NCBI GenBank assembly: GCA_002633005.1
Contig: NMRA01000185.1
Span: 659,297 to 723,296 of the forward strand
Source: Phoronis australis
Taxonomy: Eukaryota > Animalia > Phoronida
Length of the DNA: 64,000 nt
Reading direction: 5' to 3'
Below the pieces are notes generated by a model. It saw nothing but the letters and a program-made list of their open reading frames with translations. It was not told where the DNA came from and did not search any database. This document shows, piece by piece, positions 13,706 to 25,770 of this stretch. Both the position numbers and the translations under genes were made by a program. Position 1 is the stretch's first letter. Each line of letters opens with the position of its first letter.

Positions 13706-15514
13706 AACAAGAGCAACGCAGAGCGTTGAAATGCGCCCACGAATGCATCGCAAACGGTGTGCTTTTAGGGTTGTTTATTTGTGTCATAAAAATGGCCACT
13801 TGATGGCGCAAAATCGTACAATCCATTAGAAAATGGGAAAATGTCATAGCTTCTTCAATAGAAAGATATTCAACAAATATCATAGAAATCTGTCACGGAA
13901 CTTCAGAAAAACAAAGGCAAACAAAACAAAATGAAATGAAATTGCCACTAGGGGGAACAGTGTTCATTGGATCCGCCTGAAAGTTGTCATTGTCTGTTGT
14001 TAGCTTCATATAAACACACTTACTAAATTTAATGAAGATTCAGCAGTGGCGTAGGAGATACAGCTATGGGCGCAAAACAAAACAAAACTACCATTGGAGA
14101 CGCCAGAGTAGTCAAAGTCGTCATCGTAAACCACACAGAGAACATAAGCGCTAATTTTCAAAAACATCCTTAGAATGATTTGATTGATAGAGAGGTGGAC
14201 GCCAAAAAACCGTTGAGACTCGAATACAGCAAAAATGGCCACTAAGTGGCGCAAAATACCTCGATTCCATCCAAAAACGGGAGGATAGCGTCATTTCACC
14301 AATACATGCCTGTATTCAAAGTTTTATGAAAATCCGTTGAGGATCCTTGAAGATGCAGAGATAAACGTAAAATCTAAAATTGCCACCAGGGGGCACATCA
14401 GTAGTCAGATCCGTCCGAAAGTCGTCGTTGTTCTTTGTCAACATCATATAAATACACGTGTTAAATTTAATAAAGATCCTGCAAGCGGTTTAAGAGATAC
14501 AGCCATGGGCGCAAAAAACGAAACTGTCACTAGGAGGCGTCACAGTACCTGGTCATCGGAAAATCATCGTCAGCCGTCCTGTATGAGTAAAAACATACAT
14601 GCCAATTTTCACAATTATCCTGAAAGCATTTTGGTTGATAGAGGGGTGGACGCCAAAAAACAAGACGCAAAACCGGTAAAAATGTCCACTAGGTGGCGCA
14701 AATTAAGTCGAATCCATCTGAAAACGGAAAGATAGTGTCACCACACTAACCGTTGAGAAGCCTGAACGCGCCATTTTTTTGAAAATACGTCGAGGACATT
14801 TGAAGACACAGAGGTTAACGTAAAAATTAAAATTGTCACCAGGGGGGCACACCAGTAGTCAAATCCGTCCGAAAGTCGCCGTCGTCCTTTGTCAACATCA
14901 TATAAATGCACTTACTAAATTTAGTAAAGATCCTGCTGACGGCCGGGTTTAGGAGACTATACAGCCATAGGCGCAAAAAAACAAAGCTGCCACTAGGAGG
15001 CGCCACAGTCGTCGAAATCATCGTCAGCAGTCCTCTTCATAGTAAGAATATACGTGCCAATTTCCGCAATCATCCTTAGAGCGGTTTGGTTGATAGAGGT
15101 GTGGTCGCCTAAAAACAGAGTCGAAAACAGTAAAAATGGCCACTAGGTGGCGCAAATTACGTCGAATCTATCCGAAAACGGCATAGCGTCATCTCACTAA
15201 AAGTAGATGCCCACATGCCAAATTTTATGAAGATACGCTTAAGACCTTTGAAGATACAGAGGTAAGCGTAAAAATACGCTGAAGACCTTTGAAGATATAG
15301 AGGTAAGCCTAAAAAACTAAAATAGCCACTAGGGGACACACCGGTAGTTAGATCTGTCGGAAAGTTCGCTCATACCGTCGCATCCATGAAAGGAACACGT
15401 GGAAAATTTCATGAACATACGTCAAACGGTTTTGGAATTAGCAGCGGACGCCACCCGGACGTGCGGAGATGACGGCGAATGCGTCCACATATAAATATGT
15501 GGGCGCATAAAAAA
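13706..15514 (-). mobile_element. Non-autonomous Helentron / DINE-1-like (HINE) element with tandem core repeats
   Basis: subTIRs ATGCGCCCAC (13731-13740) and GTGGGCGCAT (15499-15508). Terminal IR hairpin at 15479-15508 followed by A6. GGAC microsatellite remnants at ~15445-15460. Short stem-loop CAACGC-aga-GCGTTG next to the AACAAGAG end. Internal ~150-bp monomers arranged as a ~447-bp trimer. Confidence 0.8.
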
Positions 15515-17060
15515 GAACTTTCCAATCCAAATCCCTGGAACAAAACAATGTTCTATAAACTTCTACAATTCTCAAAAGTATGGAGGGAAATTTAAAAACT
15601 CTAAACTGCTAAACGGGCAAGTGTGACCTGAGCTTTTAACGAAATACAGGGCAACTGTGGGGAAACGCCAGCCGCCGAGAACCGAATCCAATCTGTGACA
15701 TGTGGAGTATGAGTTTTTCAAGTTATTTGATTCCTGTTTTTTATGTTTCAAGATTGACACTAATGCGTTAGGAAGTGACAGAACAAGGATTGGTTGAAAT
15801 CATGAGGGTTTGGTATCCGTTTAACTATCTAAAAGTATGTTGAGCTGGTTCTTTATTCCGGTTTCGCCGGTGGGGAACTACCTGAAAATTCACTTTATCA
15901 GAAACCAATTATTCTGATTAACCTACCAATAGTTCAGATGTTTCTGGAACAATTTACAATGAGGTGAATATCGCAGTATCAGGGATACCTTCCAAACGAC
16001 ATCGGCACCTCTTCTAAGATTTCATGATCTCATGGCTACTTGTCACGCCATTGAAGGTCTTTTGTGAAAGATTTTGCTTCCAAATAGGCTATGTACACAA
16101 TCACGTTTTGCAATACAACCTAAAATGGGTCGCCATGCATTCTCAAGCAGGCCAAGGGCATTGAGCTATACCTGTACATCTATTAAAAAGGACTTTGACA
16201 TGGGACAAAATAATTTTCTGATCAACAAATTTATTTTATATTTTAAACAGGTTACCTTGAAAATAAAGATTGACATGGCAACAAATTGTTCCGTCCAAGA
16301 AGAGGACGTTGAAGAAAAAGAAGATTTAGACCACATGCTGCTATTGAATTCACTAGATGCCAGTGCAACTCGATGTGTACTGCCATCTGGTGACACAAGT
16401 TATCTGGAATGTCACATTGTCTATAAAATCAAGATTCGTTCAAGAGTTTCTACTTGAAGCAAGATTAAGCGCATGTTACGCCCAAGAAGCAAACTTTTGA
16501 TTTAAAGCACTTACTGATACAAAGTTGGTCTCAACTTGTTCCTTTACTCAGATGAGAGGTGATTTTGGATTAAAGTTACGAAGGACCCCAGTCCAATTTG
16601 GATACTTTCGAAACATCATATCTCAGAAATAGCTGATTGGATTCAAATGGAAATGTATTGTGGTTTATGTAACGTTCTTCAATACGCTGTCAGGAATCGT
16701 TTTTAAAATGCTCCAACTTTGCATAAGGGACTATAAAAATATGCCTTTTATGATTGTCATGAAGAAATCAAAAGTTGCAACACATACTTGGACAAAAATG
16801 GCAATAACAAAAAATCAAAAAGGCAAAACTATAATAAATAATTCAATCATATGCGCTAGTCTACCATTCCAAATAAATATCAACTAAATGATGTGTTGAA
16901 TGTTAAAAATGTTGAGCAATAACTACAAGCAAATTGACAATACCAATGATGTCTACCACTGAAAAAAACGGGTAATGTTTCGAGATATCCAGGCGAGGTA
17001 ACAAAATACAGAAAAAACTTAAAGGCCTATGGTCCGAGTTATAGAAGAAAAAACTATTAA

Positions 17061-17967
17061 GGTAGGTGTATACACTGATCAAATCTCCAGGTTCCTAACT
17101 AAAATGAGTAAAAAGGGAGTTTTAACTAGTTAGACATGACTCTGAAAGTGACAAAAATCGAAAAGAAAGTTTTTTTGTAGTTCGTTTTTTTAAAAAATCG
17201 TATTTTTTAATTTTCAAAAAATCCAATTTTACCTCGATTTTTTTTTCAAAATGCACAGGGATCATCTTCAACTGTTTCCTTACGCAATATTCTACTTATC
17301 CATACCAAATATATGTACAAAATCATTATGATCTTGATTTTGTGGCATTTTTTGTGTGTGAGTTGGGGCAAGCACGCCACTTTTTGTCATTTGGTCACTT
17401 TCCGTCTAATAACTAAAAATCTGGTNNNNNNNNNNNNNNNNNNNNNNNNNNNNNNNNGACTTCTCTTATACATGCACAATTTCTGCACGGACTCCTCAAG
17501 CTGAGTGCAGTGATGGCTTCGGTAGGGCTTGGCGTACTCAACTTAATTTTTTTGCAGATAGACAAACAGGCTCTGGCTCGGAACAGGAGCTAGTTCACCA
17601 TTTCACTACCAACTTTCACATGGTCAAAAATAGAATTGTTTTATTTATGGTCTTGCTACAACACCAATATCAGCTGGTACATCACTCTCGATTGCCCGGT
17701 TACGCAATGCTTGTTGACAGGGTTAGATTAGAGCCAGTGTCCTTGTATATAAGCTCCGCCCCAGTTGTCAATCACTGACAGAGCTGGTGAGCACTCAAGC
17801 CATATGACTTACTGAGGCTTGGTCAAATATAGCTAAAAAAACAACTTTGGATTTTCAGAATGATTTTATTTTTCTTCAGTATACTGTGCATCAAGAATTA
17901 AAGATTAGGATGACATAAAAATGTAAAAAAACAGTCAAAATTAATTTTTTTTGTGTATCCACCTACC
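17061..17967. mobile_element. Kolobok-like non-autonomous DNA transposon (TTAA TSD)
   Basis: TTAA|GGTAGGTGTATACAC ... GTGTATCCACCTACC|TTAA, with purine-purine termini. Contains an assembly gap (N run 17426-17457). Confidence 0.7.
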
Positions 17968-18355
17968 TTAACGCCGTTTAAGCCGTTTTTTGATGTGACA
18001 TGGAGTTCAAAAAGTTATTAGCTTTCAACTGGTGCAAAAATTTTGAAAAAAATCGTTGTAAATACTACAAACGAATGAAATGTTTACAAAGAATATAATA
18101 TCCGGGATGCTCTAATAGATGTAAACATTACAACAACGCATGCGCAGCCACAGATCTAGACGTCAACAGAATTTATACAAATAGCGAAGACTAGTAGGTC
18201 TATGTAGTGTACGTCCGAAGGCGAAACGCAGTCGTCCTGCTCTACGAGATTCAGAAAAAGACGTGTTAGCCAGTACGAAAAGCAGCATTACCAACAAACC
18301 GTGTACCTGTAACCGACTCGTTCGATAGGTGAGAAAACAACGAGAACAAGACTGA

Positions 18356-21272
18356 ATGTTCGAACTCGTGAAGGTTTTACATTACAACAATACCAGGCTT
18401 TCGCTGGACAAGTATAAGTCAGTAAGTGTGCTGTTTGTGAAACGTTCGATGACTCGTATACACTGTTAGAGCATTCACTGGTCTCAGTCAGCATACATCG
18501 GACACGAATCATTTTGAAGAGCCTCAATTCGATCAGCTGTTCAGTTTTTGTTCTAATACTACTAGTAGTAGTACTGATTCACGCTGACGCGGACTAGTTA
18601 CACCATGTTAGTGTTTTAACATGTAGTTAAAACTGCTAAGGCCCTTTCATTCTAACGTCGACATGGCGACGTTTTGGGAGTTGCAGTCAATATGGAGGGT
18701 TAACGTCGGTCCTGAATCTATAAGTTAACTGTGCCAGTTGACGTCACAGTAGATAAGCGGAGCGTCGATGCGTACGATGGTGTACGGTAGTATGAATGAT
18801 CAACTTTGGTTACATCGAAGAAGTTATTGTCAGGGGCCACCGTTATCATCAACAATTACAGGGTAGTGTCGTCGCTAAAATCTGCTCATAATTTGCTCGA
18901 ATAGTCACTAATCGAATTAGAAATAAGTTTTTGTGTCAATTAGCACATGTCAATGTTCCCAAATTATCACATTAAAAAATCCTGGTGTACAAGTGTTGCA
19001 TCTGCACTACGTTGCGATTACTTCGATGACAACATCGTCAGCTACAGCTTACTTAGACCTCCAAAGCCGGTATAAACGGTTCAATTAACTTCGCAGTACA
19101 TGTCGACACTCTGCTCAGACCGAAATTAAGTACAAAAGGGCTTTTAGATCGATTTCAACTTGCAAAACAATTTAGCAGGTGGTGCAAAGAATTGTGGCGG
19201 GAGAGGGGGGAGAGATGTTTGTAGGATGTGTTAGGGACTTCACCTGGCCATGTCAATAGCTTTTTGGAAATCTGATATCAGTGTTGGTCGTACTGAGTAC
19301 AGTGGGGGGCGGGGGGTAAGTCTTTGTCAAGATGGCTATACTTGAGAATGTCTTATTAGTTTTGCTTTATTTTTTCCAGTTAGGAGAATACTGACCACCT
19401 GCAGGGGCCCCTGTAACCGTAAGTTGATCTTTCTTATACCATTAAGCTTTAAAAGAAAGAATAGGTGTGCTAAACTCATTCAGATATTGATGGCCACTTT
19501 TCTCTGCATTTCCATCTTAGACTGTGCAGGTTAGGAGAAAATGGTTACTTGCAATCTGCATGGTCCAGGCACATTACTTGAACTCACAACCTCAAAAAAT
19601 AGCCAGTCAAATCACGTGATTGGAGTGCAAATCTTATGTTTGCTCATGTCATGGAATTGTTCAATTTTCGAGTTGTGTATCGAATACAGAGATTAGGCTA
19701 TGGGCTCTAACGTAAGCCGCTATTTTCATCAATTATAAGTCTCTTAAGTCGCTGTTAGTTTAGAATAATGCTGTCTCAGCTACAAATTTTGCCTTCTGGT
19801 AATTAAATCAAAGTTGTTTTAAGCATAAAGGTGTGACAAATTGACTGAAAGTACATTCTTAAATCTTGTGATTGCTCCTGGTAAAATGACTCAAATTGTA
19901 TTTAAACCCTCATTAATCATCTGTACTTTCAGAATGAGTGGTTTAGACAACGCCCTCTACAAACTTCTTTGCAAGAGTCCCAGACTGGACATCGCCTGAA
20001 GAAACCTTGGGGTATTGTTTCATTCATTTCCTTAATATGTCATGGAGTGACATTTCACATTTTCTTCAATTCACAACTCACAATCCTAACCAAAGATATC
20101 ACTGTTTCGTTTACAGTATTGTAAACATGCCTTGTTTAAAGCATGTTCAATTTCTATTCAGGGATTCACCCAGGATTTCGAAAATAGGGTGTCCAAAATG
20201 GGGTTCCCAATATTTCGGAGTGTCCGTGATTCCAACGACGCATTACCCCTACCACCGTGCAGTGCACCAGCAACCCCCCACACAATGCTTTTTTACAAAA
20301 ATACGTACATCAAAGCGTTTACATCTGCGTTTTCAAAATAACCCCCTGTAGCGAGCTTTTTTGCTAAAAAAACTGCTTGGACCTTGACTTTTACACCTAA
20401 ACTTATGAATACAGCCAAGCAGCTTACCAGACAAATATTAGAGATATTTTTGAAGGATAAGTGCACTTCGCAGATGATGGTGTCACTGCTGTTCCATATT
20501 AAAACATGAAAGTGCACATTGAAATGCACGAAACAGTGTTTCATTTGAGTTATTTATATTAAGTTTGTGTAAACCCTACTTCAGTGTGATGTTTTTATTC
20601 TAATGTATCAGTGCTTTGGAGGATGTCCAGTTGGGCAAAGAACATTTGTAATGTAACTAATTTGCATGTGAAAATTTTCAACTCGCTTACAACAGTAGTA
20701 TAAATGCAAGCTAGCTCCAGCTGCTGGTTGAAATTCTGTGCATCATGTTTGGTGTTTTGAAAATTTGCCCTTTAACGATTCCATCTGTCGATTCTATGTT
20801 ACTGTTTCAGATTCATATATACACGTCTGAGTTTTCAGTGTAGAGGCCTCAGAATAAATTTTTAACTGAATTTCTTCTTACAAATGCCACTATTGTCATC
20901 TTGCAGGGATTCAGAGTTGTTGTTCACCCTTGTCCTTATCTTCTTTGTCACCTGCATCCTCACAATCTGGATCAAAGGTTTGTGTCTGCTCTTGTAAAGA
21001 CTCCATGCTCTATTGGAATTTAAAGTAGATATAGGCATGCCTTATGTCACGAAAACCAACTGTATAGATACAGTTCTCATTATTTGAACCCAATGGTGGT
21101 TTTCTTTGCACTGTATCTTTGGTTTTAGTGTTTCAGTGCTCAATTATATTGTAACTTTTCATAATATTTTACACTTACAGGCTACATAGGTACTTCAGTG
21201 AGAAATCCAAGAGTAATGCTGTCAAGGATTAAGAAAGGTCTATACTCCAGTGCCACCAGTGTCCATAATTAG
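18356..21272 (+). other. Candidate small multi-exon transcript (microprotein gene or lncRNA)
   Basis: Donor GTAAGT at 18422. Exons with good polypyrimidine-AG and GT ends at 19380-19418, 19933-20011, 20907-20977 and from 21181. One frame is open across the last three exons and contains a hydrophobic helix LLFTLVLIFFVTCILTIWI. Confidence 0.35.
18640..19142. mobile_element. Tourist/Harbinger-like MITE (degenerate)
   Basis: TAA|GGCCCTTTCATTCTAA ... TTAAGTACAAAAGGGCT. Internal inverted blocks gtcgacatg/catgtcgac and catcgaag/cttcgatg. Confidence 0.4.
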
Positions 21273-21784
21273 CAGATGCCTGAGAGAAAAACAAGGCGTG
21301 CACAAACTTCTATACCAATTCTGTTTCATTACATTTAAGTCTTCATCCGATTTTCAGTATGAAACTAAGAAATGGTATTGGGTATAAATTTTATTTATTA
21401 GTACCACAAAGAAATCACATTTATCTGAGTACTAAGTAGTAGACAAAACAAATATATGCATTAGACACATAAAATATGGTGCCTGAGTAAATAATATAAT
21501 TTGCTTGATTGCAAGCAAAGTACTGAGATAAAGCAGAACGATTTGCGTCATAACCCTTGCATTGCGAAAATATGTTGGGGTAGGCGCCTTTTGTTGTAGC
21601 TGGTACCTTTGTCGAAAGCCAGCACATCATTAGAGCAGACTCTTGCCAGTTCCTCATTTATGACGAAGAAACCAAAAGTCCTGAATGAAAAATAAAAATA
21701 AAAATAAAATTTTCTTCATAGCCACGTATAAGAGAAAAAAATTCTTCATTAACTAGTGTACTTCAAAAGCTGAATACCTTATAG

Positions 21785-21971
21785 ATTGCGAACAGTTTGT
21801 CCCGTCACCACGCCATCTTTTTGGTCACACCACGTGACCTAAAGAATGTATGTCCGAAAAGATTTCTGCCCTAGACAGGGACGGGGGCAGAAATCTTTTT
21901 GGATTGATGTTCATTAGGTCACGTGATGTGACCAAAAAGATGGTGTGCTGACGGGACAAGCTGTTTGCGAT
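21785..21971. mobile_element. Fully palindromic MITE
   Basis: Arms ttgcgaacagtttgtcccgtca...ccatctttttggtcaca...aaaagatttctgccc pair with gggcagaaatctttt...tgtgaccaaaaagatgg...tgacgggacaagctgtttgcga. Confidence 0.75.
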
Positions 21972-23943
21972 ATTTTTCCATGCCTTACTAAAAAGATTTA
22001 TTTATACATACCTTATAGAATATACTGTTGGCAATCCATTGTTATGGCTATTTTGGTATTTATACTTAAATTTCCGATAAACATTAAGCAAAACTCAAAT
22101 AAAGAATGTGTTTTATCATTGTGTTTTGTTTAGTTTGACTAAAACCGGACCTTATCATGAACCTGCCAATAATCTATAGATAGTCTTTAATGTCACATGT
22201 GTACTGTCAGGGTCGTAATAATGTTTCCACTTCACAATTGCCAACTGCCAAGTAAAGGTTTAGTCCAGTTATCATTAATACCTAATAGCCTGGAAATAAT
22301 TTGTTCACATTTTCTCAATAAGTAACAATTATGAGCATATTTTCAGATAATTTATTTATCTGAGTTTTGGTTTGTCTGAAACATTTATGTTGAGTGCAAG
22401 ACCAAATCTCTGTAGCCAGAGCTTTGGAAGGAAAATGGTAAAAGGTTGTTACAAGTGTCATGTCAGCAGTGTTTTCTTTCACAGAGTCACATGTGTGCAT
22501 AATGAGGGTGCTGAACTGGATTTCCAAAACTGTCTTTATAAGAAATACTCACAGGCATAAGCAAAATACAGGTGACAGGTTGCTTCTTATAGATCTTTTC
22601 AGTGTAGCGGACACTCCTCAGCATCTGCCACAGGTACACTCTAATGACAATCACAGCTTGTGATACCCACCACCCCAGAGTATGAACACAGCAAGTTGAA
22701 TACAATGCCCTCATCCTCAGATATACTTATGTGAGGCTGAAAAAATCAAACCACATTAAATTTGAGTTGTAGTTTAAACATGACCTCAACATGAAGGGGA
22801 ATGTTGTTTTCATAGTTGTAAACTGGTTGTTGTTCTTCAAAAAGCCAGTGGTCCATTATTAAAGAAGTTTTAAGACAGTAAAATTTTCAGCATTTCATGT
22901 GGCTTTTTAGTGATACATAGCAAATCTATTTTATTGCAGGTTTTCAGTTTTGTTACTTATGAAGCTTGTGTGATTACTGATGAAAGAAAACAATAAGAAT
23001 GACTTGATAACACAAAAGTTATGTAGAATCGGCTCTATTGCGTTAACAAACGAGAGTTCCAAGCATACCTGCACGTGAAAAGACCGAACATCGATTGCCA
23101 CCTAAGCCCATTCCTCTGCACATGGCTCAGTACTCCAATCATGTCGTCACTGTTGCCTGAGTATTGTTATTATTGGTGAAGTGGTGATGCACATTACGAT
23201 GAACCTTTAAAAACATGGTAATCACATAAAATGCCAATCTGTGCAGTACATAGATAACATTGATCATTCCATAGGATACACAGTTTCGCAAAAAAGTGTG
23301 AGTGTACCTGAAATTGAAACTTCAGTGTTCTACCTGTTTCCAGACTAATTAAGTTTAGTTCCTGTGTTAACTTGCCAATACTGATGCTAGAAGTCTGTAA
23401 CAGCTGACATTCAAGGATAGATGATTTTTCGAAGCACTCTTTAGGCCCTCTGCCATGTAAACTGATCGATTGTGTTCTTGATAAAGTGAGTCTGCAAAGG
23501 CCTAGTCGCACATTCAAGAAAGGGTACATTAGTTAAAAGCAAGCACTGTCATTAACCTTCCCCTGTCCCTAACCCTTTATTTACCCAATCGAGACCATAC
23601 CTCTGATAATGAAAGATGTAACCTGCTCGACCTTTATTAAATGCTCCTACTGAACCGGCTTTGGCTTATACCCTTTTGCCTTAGAGGAGGTCCCATACAT
23701 AGTATATTGTCCTGTAATGATATGACCACTCCCAGTGTCCTGCAATTTGAGAACCAGATTTCTTAACTGAATAACAGGCATCAAATTTGTTGCATCCCAT
23801 TCCCAACCATGGTTTTGTACGATCTCACTTTTCTCGCAAGAAGCTTCAGCCTTCCGGCACTTCCCAAGTTTGCTTGCATTCAATCCGAGGCTTCATCGCT
23901 GATCCAGTGATTTGTGTTCAAGTGGACTAGCTAGCTGACTAGT

Positions 23944-24362
23944 CAGTGGTGGATTTAGAGGGGGGCTATGGCCTCCCTAAAATTCTCCCAGCTCTCATTT
24001 GGCAGTTCCGGGGTGCAAATGTTTGGCGAACTAAATCCTGTTTAATACTCTGCCCTGTTCCCCCCAACTCAAAATCCTGGATCTGCTCCAGGGGCAGATC
24101 CAGGATTTTGAGTTGGGGGGGGGGGGCAGGGCACAGGAATAACCAGAATTTTACGACATGCGCGTGCCCAGCCTGATGTAGGTATGCGGGGGTCTCGAAT
24201 TTTTGGGTTTGTGGACCTTATTACTTAAAAAAACATAGAAGGTATATGGGGTTTATTCAAGGGGCATATGCTAGCCAGCAATTCGCACCCTGAACTGCCA
24301 AATGGTATCTGGGAGAATTTTAGGGGGCCAGGGCCCCCCTTAAATTCTCCAATGTGCCCCTG
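23944..24362. mobile_element. Dimer of CAGTGG/CAGGGG MITEs with a 5-bp TSD (hAT5-like)
   Basis: CTAGT at 23939-23943 and 24363-24367. Central inverted junction ccccaactcaaaatcctggatctgc / gcagatccaggattttgagttgggg. Confidence 0.65.
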
Positions 24363-25770
24363 CTAGTACAATATACAAGTAGAGTATAGAGTACCTGGTG
24401 ATAGACGCTTTTCATATGGCAATGAAAAACCATGAATGGTTTTGCAATTCAAGTCCAAAGTCTGAAAACTGCCAGCAGGTAGAAATTCAACTCACGACCA
24501 TCGAGTGACAAACAGGGTCTATCCAACCACAATAACATTACACTCTTTTTCAGTCACAGCATTGATAGGCCTAGGGCTAGCCTTGGTACAAATCTGTATA
24601 CTAAATATACTACCCTGGCTGTGTGAATTTCGGATTCTATTGAAGAAAAACACACAGTGGTACCTAGCTGTTTTTGATACCGCTAGCTGACTGGCTAGGG
24701 TAGCACTGCAGACTCGACTCGAGCACGATTACTATCGAATTCAGTACGCAATTTTCCCACAGATAATGGTTTCATCTAATTCTAAGGGTAATATTTAGAC
24801 TGTTAAGCTCATACAGGGAGCAATATCGTCATAAAAATGTTCAAGAAACGAATAAATTACCTGGTTAAGGCGAACTTCTCTTCTTCGAAGCAGTACCAGA
24901 AACAGCTGACTATTGGTCTCGAGTTGCCGAAAGGTCAAACCGCACAGCATTATGGGCAACATTCGTTTGTTTTGATCACGCAGATTTTAAGAAAATAAAA
25001 AATAAAAGAAAAAATATGTACTGGCAGCAGATCGAACCCATACTTACGAAAAGTTCTAATTAAGTGTCAGAGAGTACGTTTCAATGGTTTTTATGCAGAT
25101 TCACGACGTTTTTAAAACGTCTAAAAATGGATCATATGACTTTAAGTCAAACGCTGGCATTTGCTTACTTGAGTTAGAGAGGTTGACAGTGGATTAAAGT
25201 TCCAACTGTCACACATACAGGATAGTGTCCTGACCTGGATGCCGCATCGTCTGGCTAAAATACCACCTGCCAGAGCGTTAGTAACACCACTAGCCAAGCT
25301 GAAGTCTGAGAGTGACGAAGGCAATGCCATTAACTCAAGTGAGTATTTGACTTATTTTTTCTGTATTTTATTTAGCACTGTACTTGACAATAAAAGGAAC
25401 ATGTCTTCGCACTGCTTTCCTACACATAATATTGACAATATAATAACATTATAATTACTAGTAATAATATTATAAAAAAGCATGACTGGCCTCAAAAATT
25501 TCCTGGTCAAAATAAAAAAGAATTTGTCATAAATATTTCAAAGATCACCGGCCATCGATATGAATCAGCTAAATCATGGAACAGTTGGCCAAAGGCCAAG
25601 TCTGTCAAAGTTTGTTTCTAACACTACTCAACGGGTCAGCACTCATATCGGGCACTTCTGTCATGTAATGATGTGGAATGATAAGGTTGGATACAACCGG
25701 ATGGTTGATTTGGTCTAGTTTACAACACAAGCTTTGAGATAGTGAGTATGAAGAAAAGTTCCTCTAAGTT

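Noticed and set aside
14337-14735. 132-aa ORF
   Set aside because: It lies wholly within Helentron core repeats, and the frame is not kept in neighbouring units.
17426-17457. N run
   Set aside because: Assembly gap, not biology.
19332-20011. Selenoprotein via in-frame TGA (19392-19394 or 19997-19999)
   Set aside because: No redox-motif context or similarity to known selenoproteins, and no SECIS recognised downstream.
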